NCBI GenBank assembly: GCA_963805975.1
Contig: CAWDVR010000002.1
Location: forward strand, 288,001-352,000
Direction: 5' to 3'
DNA from: an uncultured Acidobacteriota bacterium
Lineage (GTDB): Bacteria > Acidobacteriota > Thermoanaerobaculia > Multivoradales > SZUA-115
DNA: 64,000 nucleotides
How positions within the stretch are numbered: the first letter of the stretch is position 1; each line of letters begins with the position of its first letter. Under the pieces are notes generated by a model that was given only the letters and a program-made list of their open reading frames with translations, did not search any database and had not been told where the DNA came from. Below are positions 27,903 through 46,415 of this stretch, piece by piece. The position numbers were made by a program, and so were the translations under genes.

Positions 27903-30419
27903 ATGGCCCGCCTGCCATCCATCCGCACTACCGCGGCCCGCGGCCCCGGCGGTGACGTACCAAGCGCGGCCGGCCAGGCCGCGACCCTCGAGGCCGGGCT
28001 CCTCGCCCTGCTCGACGCGGTGGACGCCGCCGTGGTGCTCACCAATCGGGCGCGCGAGATCCTGCGCGTCAACCGCCGCGCCGAGGAGCTCTGGGGTTAT
28101 CCCGAGCGCAAGCTGGTCGGCAAGCCGCTGCAGCTCCTGCTCTCCTTCGAGACCCGGCCCGATCTGTTCCCCCCGGACCGCAAGCGGGGCCAGGACGTCC
28201 TGCCGCCGCCGCTCGCGCTCGAGGGCTACCGCAGTGACGGCGCCGCCTTCCCCGTCGAGGCGCGAATCCACGAGATCCAGCTCGGCTCCGAGCTGCGCTA
28301 CACGATCACCGCCCGCGACGTCTCGCGCGAGCGGGGCCTCGAGCAGCGGCTGCGCCACCTCGAGACGGCGATCGAAGGCATGCCGATCGGGGTGGCGATC
28401 AGCGACCTTGACGGTCGGCTGACCTACGTCAACCCGGCGCTGGCCGCGATGCACGGCGCGAAGCGCGAAGATCTGGTGGGCTCCGAGCTCGCCAAGCTGA
28501 CGCCCGAAGCGCTCCGCGAGGAGGTCGCCTTCCTGCGCCTGATGGAGACCGGCCCCTGGCGCCGCGAGGGCGAGACCCGGCGTCGCGACGGTTCCTCGAT
28601 GCCGGTCGAGATCAGCCCCACCCTGGTCGGTGGACCGAACGGCGAGCCGATCGGCGTCGTCACCCTGCACCAGGACTCGACCGAGAGAAAACGCGCCGAA
28701 GCGGCTCTCAAGGCCAGCGAGGAGCGCTACGCGCTGGCGGTCCGCGGCGCCAACGACGGGCTTTGGGACTGGGACCTGGCGAGCGGCGAGATCTATTTCT
28801 CCGACCGTTGGAAGTCGATGCTGGGCCTCGCCAAGGAGACGCTGGCGCCCTCGCCGACGGAATGGCTGTCCCGTGTCCACCCCGAGGACCGCGGTGCCCT
28901 CGAGGCCGCCATCAAGAGCCATCTCGCGCGGCGCTCGAAGCACCTCGAGAGCGAGCACCGCGTGCTGCACACCGACGGCTCCTATCGCTGGATGCTGGCC
29001 CGCGGCCTCGCGGTCTGGAACGCCCAGGGCAAGGCGCAGCGCATGGCCGGCTCGCAGACCGACGTCACCGATCGCAAGGTGCAGGACCCGCTGACCGGCC
29101 TGCCCAACCGCGCCCTGCTCCTCGACCGGCTGGCGACCGCGCTGGCGCGCGCCAGCCGCCACGAGGACTCCCCGGCCGTCGCCGTGCTGCTGCTCGATCT
29201 CGACCGCTTCAAGGTGGTCAACGACAGCCTGGGGCATGCGCTGGGCGACCAGCTCCTGGTGGCCTTCGCCGCGCGGCTCGCGGGCATCCTGCCGCGAGGC
29301 GAGACGCTCGCCCGCCTGGGTGGCGACGAGTTCGCCATCCTGGTCGACGAGCCCACGGCGGCGGCGGGAGCCGCGAACTTGGCCCAGGCCATCCAGGGCG
29401 AGCTGGCGCGGCCCTTCGAGCTCGCCGGCGAGGAGGTCTACGTCACCACCTCGATCGGCGTCGCCGTGGCGTCGACCAGCGGCGGCGCGCTGCCGGCCGC
29501 CGGCGACCTGTTGCGCGACGCCGACACCGCCATGCACCGCGCCAAGAGCCTGGGCCGCAACCGCTTCCAGGTCTTCTCGCCCAGCCTGCGCGAGGCGGCG
29601 GTGACCCAGCTCCGGCTCGAGACCGACCTGCGCCGGGCCCTCGAGCGCAACGAGCTGGTGCTCTACTACCAGCCCATCGTCTCGCTCGCCGACAACCGCA
29701 TCAGCGGCTTCGAGGCCCTGGTGCGGTGGGACCACCCGGTGCTCGGCCTGCTGCTCCCCGCCGAGTTCATCCCGCTGGCCGAGGAGACCGGCCTGATCGT
29801 GCCGATCGGGCTCTGGGTGCTGCGCCAGGCCTGCTGGCAGGTGCGGCTCTGGCAGCGAGACCACTCGGTCGACGGCCTGGCGATGAGCGTCAACCTGTCG
29901 GCCAAGCAGCTCGCCGAGCCCGACCTCGTGGAGCAGGTGAAGCAGGCGCTGGGAGACGCGGGCCTGGCGCCGTCCCGCCTGCGTCTCGAGATCACCGAGA
30001 GCGCCGTGATCGACAACCAGGAGCAGGCCTTCGCGGTGCTCGAAGCGCTCCGCAAGCTGGGGGCGCACGTGGCGATCGACGACTTCGGCACCGGCTACTC
30101 CTCGCTCTCCTACCTCCACCGCTTCCCCGTCGATTCCCTCAAGATCGACCGCAGCTTCGTCTCCGCCCTGGGCGTCGAGGACCGGAAGGCCGACCTGGTG
30201 CGCGCCATCGTCAGCATGGCTCGCGACATGGGCATCGACGTGGTCGCCGAAGGGGTCGAGACCGGCGAGCAGCTCGCCAGCCTGCGCAAGCTCACCTGCG
30301 ACTACATGCAGGGCTACTGCTTCAGCCGGCCCCTCGACGCCTCCGCCGCCGCCGAGCTGCTGTCGGCGCAGGAGAACGGCGGCACGCGGTTCAAGCTGAA
30401 GCGGGCGAGCCGGCGGTAG
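27903..30419 (+). CDS. PAS-PAS-PAS-GGDEF-EAL c-di-GMP signalling protein (start 27903 or 27810)
   Basis: Three PAS/PAC units; DPLTGLPNR, DLDRFK.VNDSLGH, RLGGDEF; YYQPIV, FEALVRW, LEITE, DDFGTGYSSL, KIDRSF, AEGVE, QGY. Confidence 0.95.
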   Translation: MARLPSIRTTAARGPGGDVPSAAGQAATLEAGLLALLDAVDAAVVLTNRAREILRVNRRAEELWGYPERKLVGKPLQLLLSFETRPDLFPPDRKRGQDVLPPPLALEGYRSDGAAFPVEARIHEIQLGSELRYTITARDVSRERGLEQRLRHLETAIEGMPIGVAISDLDGRLTYVNPALAAMHGAKREDLVGSELAKLTPEALREEVAFLRLMETGPWRREGETRRRDGSSMPVEISPTLVGGPNGEPIGVVTLHQDSTERKRAEAALKASEERYALAVRGANDGLWDWDLASGEIYFSDRWKSMLGLAKETLAPSPTEWLSRVHPEDRGALEAAIKSHLARRSKHLESEHRVLHTDGSYRWMLARGLAVWNAQGKAQRMAGSQTDVTDRKVQDPLTGLPNRALLLDRLATALARASRHEDSPAVAVLLLDLDRFKVVNDSLGHALGDQLLVAFAARLAGILPRGETLARLGGDEFAILVDEPTAAAGAANLAQAIQGELARPFELAGEEVYVTTSIGVAVASTSGGALPAAGDLLRDADTAMHRAKSLGRNRFQVFSPSLREAAVTQLRLETDLRRALERNELVLYYQPIVSLADNRISGFEALVRWDHPVLGLLLPAEFIPLAEETGLIVPIGLWVLRQACWQVRLWQRDHSVDGLAMSVNLSAKQLAEPDLVEQVKQALGDAGLAPSRLRLEITESAVIDNQEQAFAVLEALRKLGAHVAIDDFGTGYSSLSYLHRFPVDSLKIDRSFVSALGVEDRKADLVRAIVSMARDMGIDVVAEGVETGEQLASLRKLTCDYMQGYCFSRPLDASAAAELLSAQENGGTRFKLKRASRR

Positions 30420-30430
30420 GCGCAAGAGTA

Positions 30431-30509
30431 GATTCCCGCTTTCGCGGGAAATGACGGAAGATCGCCTCGCCGCTCCTCGAATTGTCATTCCCGCGAAAGC
30501 GGGAACCCA
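30431..30509. repeat. Inverted pair of GTCATTCCCGCGAAAGCGGGAA palindromic repeats (copy 1)
   Basis: gattcccgctttcgcgggaaatgac ... gtcattcccgcgaaagcgggaaccca; the same family recurs at 53142-53212. Confidence 0.85.
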
Positions 30510-30649
30510 TCCTCTCGCACCTCGGCTGGCTTCTCGGCCATCCCATCTCACCATTGCGGAGAGCACCAGTGAATCTATATGCTCGTCAGGCATAAACGAC
30601 GCAGACCCACCACGCGTATCACTCGGCAGTCAATCCAGGAGGCGCATCC

Positions 30650-32719
30650 ATGGTTCAGAGGCGAACGATCGCGAGGCTGGCGGCTGCCGTCATGCTCGTG
30701 TTGGCGGGCGGCGGTCTCGCTGCGCAGGAGCTCCAGGTCAACACCGACACTTCGGGAGATCAGCTCGTACCGGCGGTGGCGTCCCATCCTTCGGGCAGCT
30801 TCGTCGTGGTCTGGCAGACGGCGCGGGAGCCGGGCGCCGCGGTGCCCACCACCATTCGCGCCCGCCGCTTCGGTGCCGACGGCGACCCCCTGGGCGCGGA
30901 CTTCGTGGTCAACTCGACCACCACCGGCTTTCATGGCGAGCCGTCGGTGGCCATGACCCCGGGCGGCGGTTTCGTGGTGGCCTGGCTCAATTTCGTCGAC
31001 TTCTTCCAGCCCGACACCTTCGACATCCGCGCCCGGCGCTTCGCCGCCGACGGCTCGCCGCAGGGAGCGGATTTCCAGGTCAACACCTTCGTGCCCGGCC
31101 GCCAGATCGACCCCGCGGTGGCCGTGCTCGCCAACGGCGAGTTCGTGATCGCCTGGGAGGGCCCCGGCCCGTCGTCGATCGACGTCTCGGACGGCGACGT
31201 CCAGGCCCGGCGCTACTCGGCCGGAGGCGCCGCGCTCGGTGCCGAGGCCCGGGTCAACTCCGTCACCGACGGGCCGCAGGCCGGCACCTCGATCGCCGCC
31301 CTGCCCGGCAACGGCTATCTGATCTCCTGGGGCGGCGAGTCGCTGGGCACGGACCAGTCGTTCGGCAGCGTCCAGGCGCGGCGGTTCAGCGCCGGCGGCG
31401 TGCCCCAGGGAGCCGATTTCCAGGTCAACACTTTCACCGACCGCCGCCAGCACAAGCCCGCGGTGGCGGTGGGCGCCGGCGGCGAGGCGGTCATCGCCTG
31501 GCAGGGTGAGGCCTCGGCAGGCAGTGATCACTCGCTGTCGAGCGCCCACGCGCAGCTCTTTGCCGCGGGTGGAGCCAATGTGGGTCCGGAGCTGCAAACC
31601 AACACCATCACGCTCGGTGCCCAGGACGAGCCCGCGGCGGCCGTGGGCAGCGACGACGCGGTGCTGGTCGCCTGGCACAGCCTCGAGAACCCGCTGGTGG
31701 GCAACCACCAAGTCCGTGGCCGTTTGATCGGTCTCGACGGCACGCCGCGAGGGGCCGAGTTCCCGCTCAACGGCCCCGGCGTCGCCCAGCGCGGGGACGT
31801 GGCCGTGGCGGCGCTCCCGGCCGGCGACTTCGTGGCGGTCTGGTCGGCGGCCATCGGCAACGGGCTGGCCCAGATCCGCGCCCGCCTGCTGACCGGCGAG
31901 TGCGCACCCGGGCCGACTCGGCTGTGCCTGGGCGACGGCCGTTTCCAGGTGGAGACCCGCTGGCGGACCGGGGCCGGGGTCAGCGGAGACGGCCAGGCCG
32001 TGCAGCTCACGCGCGACACCGGCTACTTCTGGTTCTTCCGCGACACCAACGTGGAGATGGTGCTCAAGGTCCTCGACGCCTGCGCCGTCAACAACCGGTT
32101 CTGGGTGTTCTCGGCCGGGCTCACCAACGTCGAGGTGGACATCCTGGTCACCGACGTGCTGACCGGCCAGACGGCGACCTACAACAATCCCCTGGACCGT
32201 CCGTTCCCGCCGATCCTCGACACCAACGCTCTCGCCGTCTGCCCCGGCTCCTCGGCCAGTGCCGCGGAACCATCCCTCGCCGCCGCGGAGCTCGAAGCGG
32301 GCGGCTTCGAGAGCGAGAGTGAAGTTGCTTCCCTGGCGGGTGATCCGGGCTTCGACCTCGCGCGCCTGGACACCAAGGGCTCGGACACCTTCCTGCTGCT
32401 CAACGGCGGGCGCTTCCGTATCTCGATCGACTGGCAGACCGGGGCCGGCCAGTCCGGCCAGGGCCACGGCGTGCAGCTCACGGCGGACACCGGCTACTTC
32501 TGGTTCTTCAACCCGAACAACGTCGAGGTGCTCCTCAAGGTGCTCAACGCCTGCGGGCTCAACGAGCACTACTGGGTGTTCTCCGGTGGGTTGACCAACG
32601 TCCGCGCCGTGATCCGAGTGGAGGACACCTCGAACGGGACGGTGAAGACTTACACCAACCCCCAGAACACGCCCTTCCAGCCCATCCTGGACACCAGCGC
32701 GTTCGAGACCTGTCCGTAG
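30650..32719 (+). CDS. Secreted protein with ~6 (F/L)QVNT repeats and two tandem conserved C-terminal domains
   Basis: Signal peptide; repeats of QVNT....Q..PAVA...G.FV(V/I)AW...I.ARRF...G; two copies of RF.....W..G.FWFF..N.E..LKV..AC....WVF..LTNV..DT.A...CP. Confidence 0.85.
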   Translation: MVQRRTIARLAAAVMLVLAGGGLAAQELQVNTDTSGDQLVPAVASHPSGSFVVVWQTAREPGAAVPTTIRARRFGADGDPLGADFVVNSTTTGFHGEPSVAMTPGGGFVVAWLNFVDFFQPDTFDIRARRFAADGSPQGADFQVNTFVPGRQIDPAVAVLANGEFVIAWEGPGPSSIDVSDGDVQARRYSAGGAALGAEARVNSVTDGPQAGTSIAALPGNGYLISWGGESLGTDQSFGSVQARRFSAGGVPQGADFQVNTFTDRRQHKPAVAVGAGGEAVIAWQGEASAGSDHSLSSAHAQLFAAGGANVGPELQTNTITLGAQDEPAAAVGSDDAVLVAWHSLENPLVGNHQVRGRLIGLDGTPRGAEFPLNGPGVAQRGDVAVAALPAGDFVAVWSAAIGNGLAQIRARLLTGECAPGPTRLCLGDGRFQVETRWRTGAGVSGDGQAVQLTRDTGYFWFFRDTNVEMVLKVLDACAVNNRFWVFSAGLTNVEVDILVTDVLTGQTATYNNPLDRPFPPILDTNALAVCPGSSASAAEPSLAAAELEAGGFESESEVASLAGDPGFDLARLDTKGSDTFLLLNGGRFRISIDWQTGAGQSGQGHGVQLTADTGYFWFFNPNNVEVLLKVLNACGLNEHYWVFSGGLTNVRAVIRVEDTSNGTVKTYTNPQNTPFQPILDTSAFETCP

Positions 32720-32850
32720 CGGGCAGAATTGATCGAGCATCTCCGGGGACGCCGCCAAAGAGAATGGCGCCCCGGAGGTCTCTCCTACACGCGATCCGGT
32801 GTGATTGCGTCCAGCCTTCGGTGGGCGGTCCCTGAGAAAGCAAACCGGTA

Positions 32851-32880
32851 GAAAGCAAGCGGCCGGCTTGCGCCGGCCGC
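32851..32880 (-). terminator. Intrinsic terminator downstream of rpoC
   Basis: GCGGCCGGC-GCAA-GCCGGCCGC followed by TTGCTTTC on the - strand. Confidence 0.7.
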
Positions 32881-32935
32881 CTGGATCACGTCTGTCAGAA
32901 AAGCGTGCAGGCCGGGGTTGGTCCCGGCCCCGCTG

Positions 32936-37117
<4,182 letters not shown>

Positions 37118-37154
37118 AGGAGTACCTCCCTAAAGCCGGATGAGTCGTGAACTG

Positions 37155-41438
<4,284 letters not shown>

Positions 41439-41656
41439 GCTCGGGCGCGCTTAGGCGCCGAGCTTGCCAAAGACAGGTGGAACCATGCCCTTCCCCACTG
41501 CTCGGACGAGCGCGGGGCGGAAGGCATGGTTCGTTCTGGGCAGAGTAGCAAGTGCGCTTTGTCTACGCCAAAGGAGGGGACCGAAGCCCCGGATCCGCTT
41601 GCCGCACGCTGGAGTAGCGCCGGCGGCTGCCCGACTGCTGCGTGGAGAGGCAGCGC

Positions 41657-42037
41657 TTACTTGACCTCGACCGTGGCACCGACCTCTTCGAACTTCTTCT
41701 TGATCGAGGCCGCCTCGTCTTTCGACACGCCCTGCTTGATGGGCTGCGGGGCGCCCTCGACCAGATCCTTGGCTTCCTTGAGACCCAGGCTCGTCACCTC
41801 GCGCACTGCCTTGATGACGTTGATCTTCTTGTCGCCCGCTTCCTTCAGGATCACGTCGAACTCGGTCTTCTCTTCGACCGCCTCGGCCGCCGCGCCACCG
41901 CCGGCAGGAGCCACGGCCACGGCGGCAGCCGCCGCGGACACGCCGTAGTGCTCTTCGAGTGCCTTGACGAGCTGGTTCAGCTCCAGCACGGTCATCTGGT
42001 CGATCTGGCTGATTAGTTCCTGGGTCGCGACTGCCAT
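41657..42037 (-). CDS. rplL: 50S ribosomal protein L7/L12
   Basis: [31 protein letters not shown]. Confidence 0.98.
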   Translation of the reverse strand: MAVATQELISQIDQMTVLELNQLVKALEEHYGVSAAAAAVAVAPAGGGAAAEAVEEKTEFDVILKEAGDKKINVIKAVREVTSLGLKEAKDLVEGAPQPIKQGVSKDEAASIKKKFEEVGATVEVK

Positions 42038-42095
42038 CTCTGTCTCCTTGTATCACCGACCGACCGCGTGGGTCCGGTGGCGGTCTTCTTGTTCC

Positions 42096-42659
42096 TTAAG
42101 CCTCGGGCTCCGCGCCGGGGTCTCCGCCGCCTGCCTGCTGCTCCTTCTGTAGACGAACCTGATCGAGCACCACCACGAAGTCCCGCGGGATCGCCGCCAG
42201 CGTGCGCACGAAGCGCGCGATCGGCGACTGCAGCAGGAAGAGGAGCTTCCCGATCAGCTCCTTGCGCCCCGGAAGACCGGCGATGTCCTTGACCTGATCG
42301 GCAGCGATCGCCTGGCCCTCGACGATGCCGCCCTTGAACTGGATGGCCGGCACGTCCTTGGCAAACTGGGTCAGGGTCTTGGCCAGCGCGACCACGTCGC
42401 CGTTGGTGAAAGCCACGGCCGTGGCGCCGGTGAACTGATCCTTGAGTTCTGCCAGGGCCTGGCCGTCGATGGCACGCAGAGCGAGGGTGTTCTTGACCAC
42501 CACGTAGGTGCCGCCGCTCTGGCGCACCTTCTCGCGCAGGTCCGTCGCCTGCGGCACTTTGATTCCCTGGTACCCCATCACGAAGGCGTGCCGCGCGGCG
42601 GCCAGCTCCGAGGTGTACTTGTCGACCAGCTCGTTCTTCTTTGCCTGACTGAGGGCCAT
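42096..42659 (-). CDS. rplJ: 50S ribosomal protein L10
   Basis: LRE.VR..G..Y.VVKNTL, F.G.TA, KGG; position between rplA and rplL. Confidence 0.95.
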   Translation of the reverse strand: MALSQAKKNELVDKYTSELAAARHAFVMGYQGIKVPQATDLREKVRQSGGTYVVVKNTLALRAIDGQALAELKDQFTGATAVAFTNGDVVALAKTLTQFAKDVPAIQFKGGIVEGQAIAADQVKDIAGLPGRKELIGKLLFLLQSPIARFVRTLAAIPRDFVVVLDQVRLQKEQQAGGGDPGAEPEA

Positions 42660-42671
42660 CGCCGTCTCTCC

Positions 42672-43373
42672 TTACGCTTCCGCCGTCACGAGGGCGCTCT
42701 CGTCGATACGCACGCCCGGGCCCATGGTCGAAGACAGGGCCAGCGACTTGACATACTTGCCCTTGGCCGCCGCCGGCTTGGCCTTCATCACGGCGCCGAT
42801 CAGCGCCTCGGCGTTGGCCGTGAGCTGCGCCGCGTTGAACGAGGCCTTGCCGACCGGGGCGTGAATGATGCCCGCCTTTTCGACCCGGAACTCCACCTTA
42901 CCGGCCTTGATGTCCGAGATCGCCTTGGCGACGTCCGCGGTCACCGTGCCGGTCTTGGGGTTGGGCATCAGGCCCCGGGGGCCGAGCACACGACCCAGGC
43001 GGCCGGTGACTTTCATCATGTCGGGAGTCGAGACCACCGCGTCGAAGTCGAGCCAGCCTTCCGAGATCTTCTTGGCCAGGTCCTCGCCGCCCACGAAGTC
43101 GGCGCCGGCGTCCTGCGCCTCCTTGATCTTCTCGCCGTCGGCGAACACCAGCACCTTGACCGACTTGCCCGTGCCGTGGGGCAGCACCACCGTGCCGCGC
43201 ACCATCTGGTCGGCGTGGCGCGGGTCGACGCCCAGGCGCATGGCGACCTCGACCGTCTCGTCGAACTTCGCCTTGGCGTTCTCCTTCACCAGGCCCACCG
43301 CCTCGGCCAGGGGATACGTCCTCTCTTCGACCTTCTGCGCCGCGGCGCGAAAACGCTTGCCGTGCTTTGCCAC
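42672..43373 (-). CDS. rplA: 50S ribosomal protein L1
   Basis: [44 protein letters not shown]. Confidence 0.98.
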   Translation of the reverse strand: MAKHGKRFRAAAQKVEERTYPLAEAVGLVKENAKAKFDETVEVAMRLGVDPRHADQMVRGTVVLPHGTGKSVKVLVFADGEKIKEAQDAGADFVGGEDLAKKISEGWLDFDAVVSTPDMMKVTGRLGRVLGPRGLMPNPKTGTVTADVAKAISDIKAGKVEFRVEKAGIIHAPVGKASFNAAQLTANAEALIGAVMKAKPAAAKGKYVKSLALSSTMGPGVRIDESALVTAEA

Positions 43374-43410
43374 CTTCGTCTCCTCGGTTCTGGCCTAGCC
43401 TGTCAGGGGC

Positions 43411-43836
43411 CTAGCCCTGGATCTCGATGCCCATCGACCGGGCAGTGCCGGAGATGGTCTTGATGGCGGCCTCGAGGCTCGCGGCGTTCAGGTCCGGCAT
43501 CTTGGTCTTGGCGATCTCTTCGATCTGCGTCGGCGTCACCTTGCCCACTTTGTTGCGGTTCGGCTCGCCCGAGCCTTTTTGCAGCCCGGCCGCCTTGATC
43601 AGCAGGATCGCGGCCGGCGGCGTCTTGGTGATGAAGGTGTAGGAGCGGTCGGCGTAGACCGTGACCACCACCGGGATGATCAGCCCCTGCTGCGCCGCCG
43701 TCTTGGCGTTGAAGGCCTTGCAGAAGTCCATGATGTTCACGCCCGCCTGGCCGAGGGCCGGGCCCACGGGAGGGGCCGGGGTCGCCTGGCCGGCGGGGAT
43801 CTGCAGCTTGACTTGTCCGACTACCTTCTTCGCCAT
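43411..43836 (-). CDS. rplK: 50S ribosomal protein L11
   Basis: [26 protein letters not shown]. Confidence 0.98.
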   Translation of the reverse strand: MAKKVVGQVKLQIPAGQATPAPPVGPALGQAGVNIMDFCKAFNAKTAAQQGLIIPVVVTVYADRSYTFITKTPPAAILLIKAAGLQKGSGEPNRNKVGKVTPTQIEEIAKTKMPDLNAASLEAAIKTISGTARSMGIEIQG

Positions 43837-43877
43837 GACCTCACCCTCGACTTGTCATCCTGAGCGCAGCGTGTCAC

Positions 43878-44435
43878 TTACAGTTTCTGAACCTGGGCGA
43901 AATCCAGCTCGACCGGAGTCTGGCGGCCGAAGATGGTGACCATCACCTTGAGCGTGTTGCGGTCGAGGTTGATCTCGTCGACCACGCCCGAGAAGTTGTT
44001 GAACGGCCCGTCGATGATCTTCACCGGCTCGGCCTTCTCGAACACGTACTTGGGCTTCGGCTTCTCCTTGGCGGTCACCACCTGCTCGAGGATGTTGTTG
44101 ACCTCTTCCTCGGAGAGCGGGGTGGGCTTCTTGCCGGTGCCGACGAAGCCCGTCACCTTGGGAGTGTTCTTCACCACGTGCCAGGCCGGGTCGGACATCT
44201 CCATCTCGACCAGGATGTAGCCGGGGAAGAACTTGCGCTCGATCTCGCGCTTCTTGCCGCCCTTGTACTCGACCACCGTCTCGGTGGGAATGCGGATCTC
44301 GCCGAAGGCGTGGCCCATGCCGAGCGCGTCGGCACGCTGGCGTAGCGTCTCCTTCACCCGCTCCTCGAAACCGGAGTAGGTGTGGACGATGTACCACTGC
44401 CGCGGCTTGGTGGGGGCTGCGCTGTCGATGATCAC
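43878..44435 (-). CDS. nusG: Transcription factor NusG (GTG at 44435 overlapping secE stop preferred)
   Basis: WYIVHTYSGFE, FPGYILVEM, TPKVTGFVG, KOW: DGPF..F.G, IFGR.TPVEL. Confidence 0.97.
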   Translation of the reverse strand: MIIDSAAPTKPRQWYIVHTYSGFEERVKETLRQRADALGMGHAFGEIRIPTETVVEYKGGKKREIERKFFPGYILVEMEMSDPAWHVVKNTPKVTGFVGTGKKPTPLSEEEVNNILEQVVTAKEKPKPKYVFEKAEPVKIIDGPFNNFSGVVDEINLDRNTLKVMVTIFGRQTPVELDFAQVQKL

Positions 44436-44650
44436 TAGCTGAGCTTCCCTACGATCCATTCATAGCCGCGAATGATCGCGACATCGACGACCCACAGGTA
44501 GATCGCGAAGATCACGCTGGCCACGAGCACCACCGCCGTGGTGGCGATCACCTCCTGACGGGAGGGGAACGACACCTTGCTCATCTCCGTCCGCACCTCG
44601 CGGAAGAAGGTCTTAGCTTTCTCGTACCAGACGCGTGGGTCCCATTTCAT
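44435..44650 (-). CDS. secE: Preprotein translocase subunit SecE
   Basis: FFREVRTEMSKVSFPSR.E plus one TM helix; between tRNA-Trp and nusG. Confidence 0.93.
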   Translation of the reverse strand: MKWDPRVWYEKAKTFFREVRTEMSKVSFPSRQEVIATTAVVLVASVIFAIYLWVVDVAIIRGYEWIVGKLS

Positions 44651-44674
44651 ACTGTTGACGTTTTCCCAAGACTT

Positions 44675-44751
44675 TGGCAGGCCAGGAGGGATTCGAACCC
44701 CCAACATCCGGTTTTGGAGACCGGCGCTCTACCAGTTCGAGCTACTGGCCT
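44675..44751 (-). tRNA. tRNA-Trp(CCA)
   Basis: AGGCCAG acceptor, CCGGT-CTCCAAA-ACCGG anticodon arm, GGTTCGAATCC, encoded CCA. Confidence 0.96.
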
Positions 44752-44777
44752 GTGTTGGCTTTGCTACGGCTCTACCC

Positions 44778-45971
44778 TTACTTGACGATTTCGGTGACGG
44801 TGCCGGCGCCGACGGTGCGTCCGCCTTCGCGAATCGCGAACCGTACGCCCTTCTCCATCGCGATCGGCGCGATCAGCTCCACTTCCAGGTTCACGTTGTC
44901 CCCGGGCATCACCATCTCCGTGCCACCCGGAAGCGTCGCCACGCCCGTCACGTCCGTGGTACGAAAATAAAACTGCGGACGGTAGCCGTTGAAGAACGGA
45001 GTGTGCCGCCCCCCCTCGTCCTTGGTCAGCACGTACACCTCGCCCTTGAACTTGGTGTGCGGCGTGATCGAGCCCGGCTTGGCCAGCACCTGCCCGCGCT
45101 CCACGTCGTCCTTCTTCGTGCCGCGCAGCAGGATCCCCACGTTGTCGCCCGCCTGGCCCTGGTCCAGGAGCTTCCGGAACATCTCGACGCCAGTCACGAT
45201 CGTCTTCGTGGTCGGATGGATGCCTACGATCTCCACCTCGTCGCCCACCTTGATGATCCCCCGCTCCACCCGGCCCGTCACCACCGTGCCCCGACCCTGG
45301 ATCGAGAAAATGTCCTCGATCGGCATCAGGAAGTCCTTGTCGATCGCCCGCTCCGGCAGCGGCACATAGTTGTCCACCGCCGTGATCAGCTCGATGATCT
45401 TCGAACCCCACGGATCGTCCGCCTTGCCCGCCTCCAAAGCCTTGAGCGCCGAGCCACGGACGATCGGAATGTCATCGCCGGGGAAGTCGTACTTAGACAA
45501 CAGCTCACGAACCTCCAGCTCCACCAGGTCCAAAAGCTCCGGATCGTCCACCATGTCGCACTTGTTGAGGAACACCACGATGCTCGGCACTCCCACCTGG
45601 CGCGCCAACAAAATGTGCTCCCGCGTCTGAGGCATCGGACCGTCCGCCGCCGACACCACCACGATCGCACCGTCCATCTGCGCCGCACCCGTGATCATGT
45701 TCTTCACGTAGTCCGCGTGACCCGGGCAATCCACGTGCGCGTAGTGACGCACCTCCGACTGGTACTCCACGTGAGCCGTCGCGATCGTGATCCCGCGCTC
45801 ACGCTCCTCCGGTGCCTTGTCGATCTGATCGAACGCCACGAAATCCGCCAAACCCTTCGAAGCCAATACCTTCGTGATCGCCGCCGTCAACGTCGTCTTC
45901 CCATGGTCCACGTGACCAATCGTACCGATGTTCACGTGCGGCTTCGAACGCTCAAACTTCTGCTTCGCCAT
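44778..45971 (-). CDS. tuf: Elongation factor Tu
   Basis: [37 protein letters not shown]. Confidence 0.99.
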   Translation of the reverse strand: MAKQKFERSKPHVNIGTIGHVDHGKTTLTAAITKVLASKGLADFVAFDQIDKAPEERERGITIATAHVEYQSEVRHYAHVDCPGHADYVKNMITGAAQMDGAIVVVSAADGPMPQTREHILLARQVGVPSIVVFLNKCDMVDDPELLDLVELEVRELLSKYDFPGDDIPIVRGSALKALEAGKADDPWGSKIIELITAVDNYVPLPERAIDKDFLMPIEDIFSIQGRGTVVTGRVERGIIKVGDEVEIVGIHPTTKTIVTGVEMFRKLLDQGQAGDNVGILLRGTKKDDVERGQVLAKPGSITPHTKFKGEVYVLTKDEGGRHTPFFNGYRPQFYFRTTDVTGVATLPGGTEMVMPGDNVNLEVELIAPIAMEKGVRFAIREGGRTVGAGTVTEIVK

Positions 45972-46064
45972 GGCGACTCTGATACCTCCTCACGCTCGCA
46001 TGCCTGACCGCCGAAGCCGCCCGCTGGCACCGAGCCGTTTCAAGTCCGTTCCTGTGATCCGCCT

Positions 46065-46139
46065 TGGAGCCCACGACCGGATTTGAACCGGTGACCCCTT
46101 CCTTACCAAGGAAGTGCTCTACCCCTGAGCCACGTGGGC
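46065..46139 (-). tRNA. tRNA-Thr(GGT)
   Basis: GCCCACG acceptor, CTTCC-TTGGTAA-GGAAG arm, GGTTCAAATCC, CCA. Confidence 0.96.
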
Positions 46140-46218
46140 CTGATTTGTTGCCGCCGAGAGACACTGAAACTCCCCTCGGGCAAGCCACCCGAGACGGAGT
46201 TAACGGCCGAACCGTGCG

Positions 46219-46247
46219 AGTCTAGAGTTTTTTCCTGCCTCTGTAAA
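46219..46247 (-). promoter_or_regulatory. Sigma70 promoter for tRNA-Thr-tuf
   Basis: TTTACA-17 bp-TAGACT on the - strand. Confidence 0.65.
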
Positions 46248-46415
46248 GCCCCCGCTCGTCCCGAGCGCCCGGCGCTGGTCCACTCCCGGGTACGAGGCAG
46301 GCAGCCCCGGGGGAGGCTCGGAGAGTGTGCCACAAGGCACCGGCGGCAAGCAAGCGGCGTCCCAGATCGGCCGGTGGCTGAGCTCCAAACCCGAGCCGAT
46401 CTCGGGAAATTCCCG

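Noticed and set aside
26634-30593. 1319-aa ORF
   Set aside because: Only the last 356 aa (ATG 27704, with SD and signal peptide) are real; the rest is antisense to the GGDEF-EAL gene.
32743-32779. GC hairpin downstream of the QVNT-repeat gene
   Set aside because: No U-tract and no second copy; cannot be called a terminator or ncRNA.
44778-45971. tuf has visibly more T-ending codons than its neighbours (possible HGT)
   Set aside because: Expected for a highly expressed, often gene-converted gene; position is canonical.
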